Source: Candidatus Hydrogenedentota bacterium | GTDB taxonomy: Bacteria > Hydrogenedentota > Hydrogenedentia > Hydrogenedentales > SLHB01 | Reading direction: 5' to 3' | Assembly: GCA_963674865.2 (NCBI GenBank) | Contig: CAXXYE010000009.1 | Location: 512,001-576,000, forward strand | DNA: 64,000 nucleotides | Part shown: positions 37,257-45,839 of the stretch, piece by piece | Layout: each line of letters starts with the position of its first letter | How positions within the stretch are numbered: the stretch's first letter is position 1 | Program-made: the position numbers and the translations under genes | Notes under the pieces: model-generated | What the model was told of the DNA's origin: nothing | Databases searched by the model: none | The model's input: the letters and a program-made list of their open reading frames with translations, nothing else

Positions 37257-38400
37257 TGCAAATTCCAATACTAAGTGCACAGCGGAGTGTTTGCCGCTGT
37301 AGGGAGCGCAGCAGGGAGATGAAAGGAAGACATCGGGCCCAGTTCTGTATTCTGGGAGTTCCTACACAACCAGCACCGAAAAGGAGTCCCGATGTCTTAC
37401 ACCCAGTTTACCGTAATGGAACGTGCGCAGATCGAGTTTCTTCATCAGCAGGGGCACTCGCATTCCGCCATTGGCCGGATGCTGGGCCGTCATGCATCCA
37501 GCGTGGGCCGTGAGCTGACGCGCAACTCGACGGCCGGTAGCTATGGCGCCGAAAAGGCGCAGGCCCTTTATGAGGAGCGTCGCAAGGCCTGTCGCCCCAA
37601 GGGCCGGCTGGCCCACGAACCCCTGCGCGAGTACGTGGAAGAGAAGATCGCCGTGGAGGAACTCAGTCCTGAACTGGTATCGGGCTGCCTGCAACTGGAC
37701 TTCCCGCAAGCTCCGAAGATGCGGGTGTGCCCGGAAACCCTCTACAGCGCCATCTACGCCAACCGTCACCATCTTGATTACCTTCAGGACTACCTTCCTC
37801 AGAAGCGTCGGACCCGCCAGAAACGGGGCCAGCAGAAAGGCCGGCGGGGCACCTCGATCCCGAACCGCGTGGGTATCGAGGAGCGTCCGGCCGCCGTGGA
37901 GGAACGCAAGGAGATTGGTCATTGGGAAGGGGACTTGGTCGTGGGGAAAGGACAAGACGGCTTCATCGTAACACGGGTTGAGCGCACTTCACGCCTACTG
38001 GAGGCGGTGAAAGTCCAGAGCAAGCGCGCCAAGGAAGTCAGCCAGGCCGTCATACAAGTCCTCATGGAACGGCCCATCTCCTGGGTGAAATCCATCACCT
38101 TCGACAACGGCACCGAATTCAGTGACCACCAGACCCTGTCGCAGCAGTTGGGTGTCGACGTGTACTTCGCCGACCCCTACGCCGCCTACCAGCGTGGAAG
38201 CAACGAGCAGGTCAACGGACGCATCCGTCGCTACCTGCCCAAAGGCACAAGCTTCCAGAACCTTACACAAGACCAGATCGACTACATCGTCGAGAGGATA
38301 AACAATCGGCCAAGGAAATGTCTGGGATTCAGAACGCCAGCCCAAGTCTTCCAGCTACAGCGGCAAACGCACCTCTGTGCACTTAGAACTTGATTGTGGG
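37257..38400 (+). mobile_element. IS30-family insertion sequence
   Basis: Terminal inverted repeat core 37271-37302 versus 38355-38386 (29/32 identical) flanking the transposase; outer ends approximate. Confidence 0.88.
37392..38393 (+). CDS. IS30-family DDE transposase
   Basis: N-terminal HTH (SVGRELTRN), HWEGDLV, ITFDNGTEF, QRGSNEQVNG, NNRPRKCLGF. Confidence 0.95.
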   Translation: MSYTQFTVMERAQIEFLHQQGHSHSAIGRMLGRHASSVGRELTRNSTAGSYGAEKAQALYEERRKACRPKGRLAHEPLREYVEEKIAVEELSPELVSGCLQLDFPQAPKMRVCPETLYSAIYANRHHLDYLQDYLPQKRRTRQKRGQQKGRRGTSIPNRVGIEERPAAVEERKEIGHWEGDLVVGKGQDGFIVTRVERTSRLLEAVKVQSKRAKEVSQAVIQVLMERPISWVKSITFDNGTEFSDHQTLSQQLGVDVYFADPYAAYQRGSNEQVNGRIRRYLPKGTSFQNLTQDQIDYIVERINNRPRKCLGFRTPAQVFQLQRQTHLCALRT

Positions 38401-38491
38401 GTGGCCCTGCAGTTCGGCGCGCTTCCTAGACCACGTTCAACTCATATGCCCAGTTCTTCTCCCAGAATGGACCCCTGGCACAAGCCGACTA

Positions 38492-38520
38492 TTGACAAGA
38501 TTTATCCATACATGTATATT
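38492..38520 (+). promoter_or_regulatory. Sigma70 promoter
   Basis: TTGACA-17nt-TATATT upstream of the DUF2089-like gene. Confidence 0.6.
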
Positions 38521-38556
38521 ACTCAATGTTTACTTAAGTTCATTGAGGCTAACCTT

Positions 38557-38904
38557 ATGAAAACTGAACGCAGATTACCTAGTATGTGCCCGAGCTGCGG
38601 GCAGCTACTTCGGGTGGAACGGCTTGGATGCCAGGAATGTCGGACTGTAGTCGGAGGAGATTTCGGCCTCCCGGTTCTGGCGCGCCTCGACCCGGAAGAG
38701 ATGGAGTTTGTGGTGAACCTTGTGAAATCCAGTGGGAGCCTCAAGGACTTGGCGCGTGTGTATGGTGTCTCCTATCCGACTGTTCGTAACCGCCTGGACG
38801 CACTCATTGAGCGTGTCAAGGCCCTTGAGTCGGAGAGCATGCGAGGGGGGGGCTGCAACGGTGGTGGCAATGCGTCCAAGACCCGTCCAGACATGGCTCT
38901 TTAA
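38557..38904 (+). CDS. DUF2089-like zinc-ribbon plus HTH protein
   Basis: CPSCG...CQEC, SGSLKDLA...VSYPTVRNRLD. Confidence 0.85.
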   Translation: MKTERRLPSMCPSCGQLLRVERLGCQECRTVVGGDFGLPVLARLDPEEMEFVVNLVKSSGSLKDLARVYGVSYPTVRNRLDALIERVKALESESMRGGGCNGGGNASKTRPDMAL

Positions 38905-41143
38905 TCCGTTCCACTACGTCGCGGGGTGGGCGGCTCTGGCCGTGGGCGTGGCATGCATCCTAGTCGCGGGAGCCATCGGCGCGCTGAGCGAGACGCACTT
39001 CGACGGCGTACTTGATTTCCACACGGGGAAAGCCGCCCCATTCTGGCTGTTTCTAGGCGAGGGACTGCTCGACTGGATGGCCATGGGAATCCTGCTCTGG
39101 CCCCTCGGGCGGATGCTATCCAGTAGTCGCGTGCGCGCACTGGACGTCTTCGGTACACAGGCCCTCGCACGCTGGCCGGTGATCATTACCGCCCTTCTTG
39201 CCCTCCTGCCCGGTTACCGGCGGGCCTCGCAAAGCCTTCCCCTCCGATTTGCCGGCGCCGGGGGTGCATTTCCAGATGCCTTGGTGGACTGGCTCGCATT
39301 CGGCGCCGCCTTGGCAGGTGGACTCATCATGCTTGTCTGGATGGTGGCTCTCATGTACCGGGCATATGCGGTGTCCTGCAACCTGTCGGGCGGCAGGGCG
39401 GCGGGGTCCTTCGTTGTGGCCGTCATCTTTGGCGAGGTGCTCTCGAAACTCGCGATTTTCTTGTTCTTTCTATTGACGCCCGAAGGGGCGACGGCAAAGA
39501 CGCAGATCTTCGAGTGGATTACCGGGAAGACGCGCCCGGTGGTGGTGAACCAGGCCATGGCGGGCACGTGGTACGCCGTAGATCTTGTTCGTGACATCGA
39601 CGACATGCTACCGGGCCGCGAGGACCTCTTTCTCAAGAGACTGGATCTGGGCCAAAACGGTTCCGTCGCGATCACGTTCAAGAACGACTCAAGCGTAGCA
39701 CGTGCCCACACTTGGCACGACTCAAGCATCGAGCTTTACGCGAACAATCCAAGCCATCCCGGGCGGAGAACCGCCGAGCTCACGTTGCGTAGCGGCCACC
39801 TGTTCTATCCGTGGGCGCCCCATGGCGAGGTCGTTGGATACTACGTCTTCGCACGCAAACCGGGCCAACAGCCCCCGTCACCGTCCGCTGAGGTCAATGA
39901 CATGTTCGTGGGGAAATGGCGGGCGGTGGACTTCGTGCATGACTTGGACGAGCCAAGCGGGGGCGCGATGGAGCTATTCGTTAAGTCACTCGAGCTTGGC
40001 CCGGACGGGACGGTTGTACTAACCGTCGGCAAGGACAATCGTATTCCGGGCCTGCACTCGTGGCACGACTCAACGCTCGAGCTATACGGGCGGGCGCCGA
40101 AGCATCCAGAACGTAAGTCGGCTGAACTGACGCTCCGAGACGGCCGGCTCATCATGCCTTGGGCGCCCAACGGTGATACGGAGGGCTACTACGTTTTCAC
40201 GAGGGCGCCCGGCGAAAGGTCTGTCCCGGCGCGGGCGCCACAGGGAGCTGAGGCGCCGTCTTCAGGACTGAAGACACAGGCAGACGCTCCGAGGGGCCTA
40301 GGCGCGGGCGGCGGCGAGGCCCGAGTGCAGGGCCGCATCCTGAGCGAGCAATCCAGGTTGCCGATCGAGTACTCAGAGGCGTGCTGTGTAGATGGCAACG
40401 GCGCCGTATACGATGACAGCACGGGCCAGCACGACGGCGCCTTCTGCATCATGTTGCCCGAGCCTGGCACTTACAGACTCCATTGCCGGCCGCTTATGGC
40501 CCCGCCTGAGGCGCGGTGGGCGCGAGCCTGCGAAATCGTTGTGGCGCCGGGAGAGACGAAGAAGCTCGACATGGCTCTGCCGGAGCCGGTCACGATGTCC
40601 ATTCGTCTGGTAGACGACGACGGGCGGCCGGTTGCCGGGGCACCCATCGGGCCGTGGTATCTGCAAGCGAATGGACAACCGTTCCAATACGGCGGCCACA
40701 AGACGGACGGGGAAGGCCGGTTTCGCTTCACGGAGTTTATGCCGGGCGTGAAATCAGGTTTTGGCACAGGCTGTACTACCGGATACACGCAACTTGAAGA
40801 TGCGGGGGTAGTCTGCGAGCGGGGCAAGACTCACCCGGAGAGGACGCTTGTTATCGAGGCACTCCGAGGACGTGTGACGGGGAGGGCCGTTAACTCCGGA
40901 GGGACGCCCATCCGAAAGCAGAGCTTCTTCATTCGGACATTCTATGACGACGGCAAGCGCGCCGTACAGTTGGGCACAACCGACCTTCAGGGCAACTTCG
41001 ACTGGGCTGTGGGACGCCCAGGGCAGAACTTCACGCTCGACTTGGCGAACAACGGCGGGGCCCACGCCTACAGGTGGAGCTCGAGATCCCTCACCGTCGG
41101 CCCGGAGGAGAACCTGGAACTAGGCCAGATTACATTCCGATGA
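38861..41143 (+). CDS. Membrane protein: polytopic N-terminus, two tandem ~105 aa repeats and carboxypeptidase-regulatory-like beta-sandwich domains
   Basis: About 5 TM helices; repeats GTW.AVD...YYVFARKPG and GKW.AVD...YYVFTRAPG; DDDGRPVAGA and TDGEGRFRF motifs; start GTG 38861 or ATG 38870. Confidence 0.75.
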   Translation: MVAMRPRPVQTWLFNPFHYVAGWAALAVGVACILVAGAIGALSETHFDGVLDFHTGKAAPFWLFLGEGLLDWMAMGILLWPLGRMLSSSRVRALDVFGTQALARWPVIITALLALLPGYRRASQSLPLRFAGAGGAFPDALVDWLAFGAALAGGLIMLVWMVALMYRAYAVSCNLSGGRAAGSFVVAVIFGEVLSKLAIFLFFLLTPEGATAKTQIFEWITGKTRPVVVNQAMAGTWYAVDLVRDIDDMLPGREDLFLKRLDLGQNGSVAITFKNDSSVARAHTWHDSSIELYANNPSHPGRRTAELTLRSGHLFYPWAPHGEVVGYYVFARKPGQQPPSPSAEVNDMFVGKWRAVDFVHDLDEPSGGAMELFVKSLELGPDGTVVLTVGKDNRIPGLHSWHDSTLELYGRAPKHPERKSAELTLRDGRLIMPWAPNGDTEGYYVFTRAPGERSVPARAPQGAEAPSSGLKTQADAPRGLGAGGGEARVQGRILSEQSRLPIEYSEACCVDGNGAVYDDSTGQHDGAFCIMLPEPGTYRLHCRPLMAPPEARWARACEIVVAPGETKKLDMALPEPVTMSIRLVDDDGRPVAGAPIGPWYLQANGQPFQYGGHKTDGEGRFRFTEFMPGVKSGFGTGCTTGYTQLEDAGVVCERGKTHPERTLVIEALRGRVTGRAVNSGGTPIRKQSFFIRTFYDDGKRAVQLGTTDLQGNFDWAVGRPGQNFTLDLANNGGAHAYRWSSRSLTVGPEENLELGQITFR

Positions 41144-41198
41144 GATGGAAAAGCGCCAGGCGATTTGAGGTACGGGCAGAGTCCCTGGCTGGCAGAGG

Positions 41199-42563
41199 GT
41201 GGAATTCGTTTTGCAGATTCCAGTGACAAGACGTCTGAAGCTTGATCTTCTCCTTATGATCGCGCTTCCAGTCTCCTTTATCTGCGGCGGCCTGCTCTCT
41301 GGATTCGGGCCGCTTGGACTTCTCACGACGTGCTTCATCTACTGCCTATTGATGGGCACTCCGGGCTTCCTCCTGATGGGGATCGCGGGACTGACGTTCC
41401 TGGCTTTGCTATTCCTCTTCACGGCGACGGGCCGTTATCGCATTTCCCTGGCTATGTTGCGTTCTCTCGGGTGGGCACTAGTCGCTTTGTTGACGGTGGC
41501 CGCCATTGGTGAGCGTCTGTTTATTATCCTACAACACCCACTTACCAACATTGGGCTACTGCCCTCGCGGAATATCGAATCCGCCGGATGGATAGGTATA
41601 TTCGCCGTATCCATTCTCTCCAATCTTGCCGGCATGGGTGTCTTTGTCATTTCATTGGTGCGTTATGCGCGCCGCCCGGCCTCGCGCAGGGCAGGCGCAC
41701 GGGGCGCCTCCGCCGACACACACGTAGAGATTGCCCCCCGCTATGTCCTTATCGCCGGTACACTGTGCGTGGCCGGTATCCTATACGGGGTCTATCATTT
41801 CACTCCGCGTTTGCACACGTCCGCTTCCCTTGCTGCGCGACTGGTGAAGAGGAGTCCGTCGCACTTGGCAGATGGTGCCTACCGTGAGCTGCGCCGCCGT
41901 GGGGCTGTGGCGGCGCCGGCCCTCGTAGCTGCCATCGAGCAGGCCCCGGATTCCGTGAGGAATCCACGGCCTCGTGACGATAACCTGCCGTTGGCCGTGA
42001 CACTGCAGCTCCTGAATGAAGCGAACACGGAAGAGGCGCGGGAGGCAATGCGCCTATGGGTTCGACGGGCGGACGCCGCCCCGTATTTCCGCGCCGTCGT
42101 TGCGAAGTCGCTGCTCGATGCTGGCGACGTGGCCTGTGTGCCGTTGTTGGATGACTTGTTACGCGACAAGGGAGATAAGGGCCAGACGATCCGAACCATG
42201 CTCTTCCGCTGCTTCACCGGCCCGGAATGGGCGGGGGCCGTCCCCTACCTCAGTACGGCGGTTGATGATACGCTTATCACGGATCTGAACCCGCCGCCTG
42301 AACTGCTCAACGTGTGCATCTCGGCCTTGGTTCGCATCGACACCGAGGATGCCTGGGCGGTACTGGCCCGCATAGCCAGGCACTCTGAGTACTTCCGTGA
42401 ACGTGTTGAGCGAAAAACGAGCAGAGAACGGCTAAACGCTGCACTCACGGAAGCGCCTGGGCCAGGGCAGGGACAATCGCGTCCGCAGCCGGAGCTCGAC
42501 GGGGAGAGCCAGAGGTGGTTTCCCTCGGCATATCCTGTTCACAGGAGGGGCCGCGGCAACTGA
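41199..42563 (+). CDS. Membrane protein with C-terminal HEAT-like helical domain
   Basis: Multiple TM helices followed by a helical-repeat region. Confidence 0.7.
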   Translation: MEFVLQIPVTRRLKLDLLLMIALPVSFICGGLLSGFGPLGLLTTCFIYCLLMGTPGFLLMGIAGLTFLALLFLFTATGRYRISLAMLRSLGWALVALLTVAAIGERLFIILQHPLTNIGLLPSRNIESAGWIGIFAVSILSNLAGMGVFVISLVRYARRPASRRAGARGASADTHVEIAPRYVLIAGTLCVAGILYGVYHFTPRLHTSASLAARLVKRSPSHLADGAYRELRRRGAVAAPALVAAIEQAPDSVRNPRPRDDNLPLAVTLQLLNEANTEEAREAMRLWVRRADAAPYFRAVVAKSLLDAGDVACVPLLDDLLRDKGDKGQTIRTMLFRCFTGPEWAGAVPYLSTAVDDTLITDLNPPPELLNVCISALVRIDTEDAWAVLARIARHSEYFRERVERKTSRERLNAALTEAPGPGQGQSRPQPELDGESQRWFPSAYPVHRRGRGN

Positions 42564-42651
42564 GGGCTGCGCCGTGCAATTGAAGAACCAGGCGGGCGCC
42601 GAAGGACAAGACGAAGACTGGTGCCCGGCCAGCCAAGATGGAGATTCGAAC

Positions 42652-43428
42652 ATGGCCATGACGCGTAGCGAACGATTAGTCCGCTGGTTGGCCGCAGCCG
42701 CGTGCCTACTGTGCTTAGCCGGCATCGGATATGTGATCTACCTTATTAGCCCGTCCACGCACAGCTCCGCGTCACTCGTGCAACGGCCGATGACGTCTAC
42801 GAACCAGGAATTAGTTGACGGAGCCCAGAGCGAGCTGGTTAGCCGCGGGGCCGCATCCGTTCCTGCCATCGTTGCCGCACTCGACTCGGCCCCCGAACAG
42901 GAAAAGCGAAACCGGCCATGGGATGGCGGCACGCCGCCGTTGCGATATCTGTTGTACGCGCTGGGCGACATCAACAATGAAGAAGCGCGTGAAGTGCTAT
43001 ATGCGTGGGTTCAGCAAACCGACTACGCTCCGATCTACCGCTTCTATGCGGCACAGGCGCTGCTAAGAACGGGGGACACTGCATGGCTTCCGCTGCTGGA
43101 TGACATGCTGCACCTGAAGAGCGACGAAGGGGAGAGGTTCCAGGCCAGGTTCTTTGTTCTGCTCTGTTTACACGCTGAGGAACTGAGCGCCCCTGCCCTA
43201 TTGCCGGCCTTGCCGTATATTCGCATGGCGGCTGAGGATGTACTCGCCGGCAAACGGCAAGCACGCCCCGACGAGGTCCTGGCGTTTGTTGTTATCCTGA
43301 AGAAGATTAACAACGATGAAGCGCGGCGGCTAATCGTGCGGCTAGCGGAAGGTGACGAATCGTTTCGGCAGGAAATCGAGAAGCGCATCGGCAAGGGCCG
43401 CCTTTCGGATACTCTGAACAGCCGGTAG
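42652..43428 (+). CDS. Single-TM HEAT-like protein, paralogous to the C-terminus of 41199-42563
   Basis: Shared HxSASL, RGA...PA.VAA, N.EEARE and GD.A..PLLDD motifs. Confidence 0.7.
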   Translation: MAMTRSERLVRWLAAAACLLCLAGIGYVIYLISPSTHSSASLVQRPMTSTNQELVDGAQSELVSRGAASVPAIVAALDSAPEQEKRNRPWDGGTPPLRYLLYALGDINNEEAREVLYAWVQQTDYAPIYRFYAAQALLRTGDTAWLPLLDDMLHLKSDEGERFQARFFVLLCLHAEELSAPALLPALPYIRMAAEDVLAGKRQARPDEVLAFVVILKKINNDEARRLIVRLAEGDESFRQEIEKRIGKGRLSDTLNSR

Positions 43429-43499
43429 CGTCTTGCTGTATCGGGCCCAGCTCCGCTTGTGGCCGCACAGTTGCCGGTGAACGCGCTGAGAAGGGAGCT

Positions 43500-43661
43500 T
43501 CAGTGCGCGGACTTGGGCTTGTAATCGGGACACTTGACCGCGTTGGGCCGTTCCGGATGGATGCACGCGGAAGGGTGGTCGTAGAGGCAATTGTCGCAAA
43601 GGAATTCGGTGGGGCAGCGCACTCGCAGCCACCACTGCCTTAGTTTGGCTCGTAAGCTCAC
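43500..43661 (-). CDS. Small Cys-rich protein (53 aa) MSLRAKLRQWWLRVRCPTEFLCDNCLYDHPSACIHPERPNAVKCPDYKPKSAH
   Basis: Manual translation; GTG overlaps the AraC stop (GTGA); GGAG upstream; CxxC-x7-C-x10-C pattern. Confidence 0.68.
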   Translation of the reverse strand: MSLRAKLRQWWLRVRCPTEFLCDNCLYDHPSACIHPERPNAVKCPDYKPKSAH

Positions 43662-44935
43662 GATCTCTCCCCGTATCTCTTGCGGTACTCGAGAGGGGAC
43701 ATGCCCTCGAACTTGCGGAACAGCCTGCCGAAATTGCTCATGTCCGCGATGCCGACGCGTTGAGCTACTTCGCGCGGGGGAAGCTTGGTGCGCCGCAAGA
43801 GCTCCTTGGCCTTGTCCACGCGCAGGCGGCCGATGAATTGAGAGAAAGATACGCCGAACTTCCGTTGGAGCCAGTGCGTTACCGCCGTCGGATGCACGCC
43901 TAGCTCGCCGGCCACTTCATTGAGCGCGATCTTCTCGGCGATGCGCGACGCCGTGAGACGGCGGAGTTTCGGAAGACTCACCTTGCCGGAGGCGCTGACG
44001 GCGACCTCACTTGCTTGCCGTGAGCGGCGTTGAGCCTTCCTGCGGATCACGGCGAGTACGCTCGTGGCCGCGGCAACCAGTTCGCCGTCGCTGCGTGCCG
44101 CCATCGCTTGCTCGACGAACGCCGGATAACGTTCCCAGCAGCCCGTGGTATCCACCTGTGCGCGTTCCGCGGCATCAAGAGCCGCCGATACCGTGGCGAC
44201 GGCCCGGGCGCGCCGCACCGCGATGCGGGGCCGCTTGCGTCTGTCTGACTCGGTTAGGGCGCCTTCTAACAGGACACGCGCATGGGCTTGGTCGCCGCCC
44301 GCCAAGGCGGCGGCGATGTCCGCCGACTGGTATGGATCCGGCAAGGGGGCGCCGGACTTGCCGCGTCGTTGGGCCGCCTCGGGCTCCTCATCGGGGCCTG
44401 ATGGCGCCGCGTTTTCCGCGGCGGTGTGTGCATCCCAAAGGCCGGCGAGCGTAGCCACGGCCCATTCGGCCAGTTCGGGCATGGCATCCGCCGGAACGAT
44501 ACGGATATCGGACAGATCCACCGCTTTGGCGTCATCGGCGCGGACGCCAAGGTTGATCAGCCCCTGCCAGGCATCCTGTCTGAGCGTCTGCGGCGCCTCA
44601 GAGGGGCAGAAAGGCCCGAAGGTCAAGGCAAATCCCGTGTCTGAAAGGGCTGGGACGCTTACGCAAACGAAACCCAGGTGACAGATGAATGTCTCGCATC
44701 TTCCCCGGCGCAATGCGGCGACGGTGGCGGGGAGCCGCGACGCCCGACACGCGGCGCGCCCACGAAGCCGGGCCTCAGCCATCCGGCACGCGGCGCACTG
44801 GCCAAAACCGAGGACTTTCGGGCCCTCCTCCTCGCCCTCAATGAAATGCAGGCTCATCGGAACGGCAGAGGCGCGGGCGGCACGCTCCAGCGCGGCCACA
44901 GCCGCTGGTGAGCGTAGGAACTCGAGAGGAGTCAT
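43658..44935 (-). CDS. AraC-family regulator with N-terminal PocR-like sensor domain
   Basis: CAAC...C...FICHLG N-terminal domain; C-terminal double HTH (AKELLR...FGRLFRKFEGMSPLEYR). Confidence 0.85.
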   Translation of the reverse strand: MTPLEFLRSPAAVAALERAARASAVPMSLHFIEGEEEGPKVLGFGQCAACRMAEARLRGRAACRASRLPATVAALRRGRCETFICHLGFVCVSVPALSDTGFALTFGPFCPSEAPQTLRQDAWQGLINLGVRADDAKAVDLSDIRIVPADAMPELAEWAVATLAGLWDAHTAAENAAPSGPDEEPEAAQRRGKSGAPLPDPYQSADIAAALAGGDQAHARVLLEGALTESDRRKRPRIAVRRARAVATVSAALDAAERAQVDTTGCWERYPAFVEQAMAARSDGELVAAATSVLAVIRRKAQRRSRQASEVAVSASGKVSLPKLRRLTASRIAEKIALNEVAGELGVHPTAVTHWLQRKFGVSFSQFIGRLRVDKAKELLRRTKLPPREVAQRVGIADMSNFGRLFRKFEGMSPLEYRKRYGERS

Positions 44936-45705
44936 AGCGCAATCTCAAAAAGGGGCGTCGGTTGATTTTGACTCGCCACACACACCCGGGCCGTATGGGA
45001 GCCTATCGCGCGGGTGGCCATCTCGTGCACCAAGTCGGGCGCGTTGTTCTCCTCAGAGACGTGGCCCAGGACGACGACCCGCAGCCCCTCGTGCACCAAG
45101 CTCGCAAGCAAGGAGCACATGTCCGCGTTGGAGAGATGGCCGTGCTTACTCCGAATCCGCTGCCTGAGCGGCGGGGGATAGGGGCCTCGCGCAAGCATCC
45201 CAGGGCAGTGATTGGATTCGATGATCAGGGCGTGGCACCCGGCCAAGCGGTTGCGCACGAGGTGCGACACGTGGCCCAGGTCGGTAGCAAGCCCGAGTTT
45301 GGTTCCGTTGAACCGCACAACAAAGCCGACGGGATCCACCGCGTCATGGGCGATTTGGAAGCTCTCCAAGCTCATCCCATCGAGGGGGATAGCGTCCCCG
45401 GACGCAAAGAACTCGTAGTGCGGAAGTTTGCCAACCGTCGGAGGCAGGGCGGCGTGAGTCTCCTCCGTAATGTAAACGGGGACGCGCAGCTTGCGAGCTA
45501 GAACCCCCACCCCGTTGACGTGGTCGCGGTGCTCGTGGGTGACTACAACGGCCCGCAGATCGTCCAGCCCCTCCCCGAGGGCGGCGGCCCGGCGGCTCAG
45601 CTCTTTGAAGCTGAGTCCGTTATCGATCAGGACCTTCGCCGCGGGGGTGGCAATGAGCAGCGCATTGCCCTTGCTACCACTGCTTAGAAGACTGAAACGA
45701 AGCAA
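44932..45705 (-). CDS. MBL-fold metallo-hydrolase (YycJ/WalJ-like)
   Basis: SSGSKGN, THEHRDH, HDAVDP, TDLG, ESNH, GHLSN, HVSEENN. Confidence 0.9.
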   Translation of the reverse strand: MLRFSLLSSGSKGNALLIATPAAKVLIDNGLSFKELSRRAAALGEGLDDLRAVVVTHEHRDHVNGVGVLARKLRVPVYITEETHAALPPTVGKLPHYEFFASGDAIPLDGMSLESFQIAHDAVDPVGFVVRFNGTKLGLATDLGHVSHLVRNRLAGCHALIIESNHCPGMLARGPYPPPLRQRIRSKHGHLSNADMCSLLASLVHEGLRVVVLGHVSEENNAPDLVHEMATRAIGSHTARVCVASQNQPTPLFEIAL

Positions 45706-45749
45706 ACCGGAATTCCTTGGAAGATGCGTAAATCCTTGTATGAAACGGT

Positions 45750-45807
45750 ATTATAACACGGCGATCAGGGCCCTTCAATTGACTCTTTGTGGGTCCGTTG
45801 ATATAAT
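45750..45807. promoter_or_regulatory. Back-to-back divergent sigma70 promoters (MBL hydrolase operon and rpoN)
   Basis: Minus strand TTGAAG-17-TATAAT (45778-45750); plus strand TTGACT-17-TATAAT with extended TG (45779-45807). Confidence 0.65.
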
Positions 45808-45839
45808 CAACTCGTGTCAATTAGGAGTATTGTTTCACC

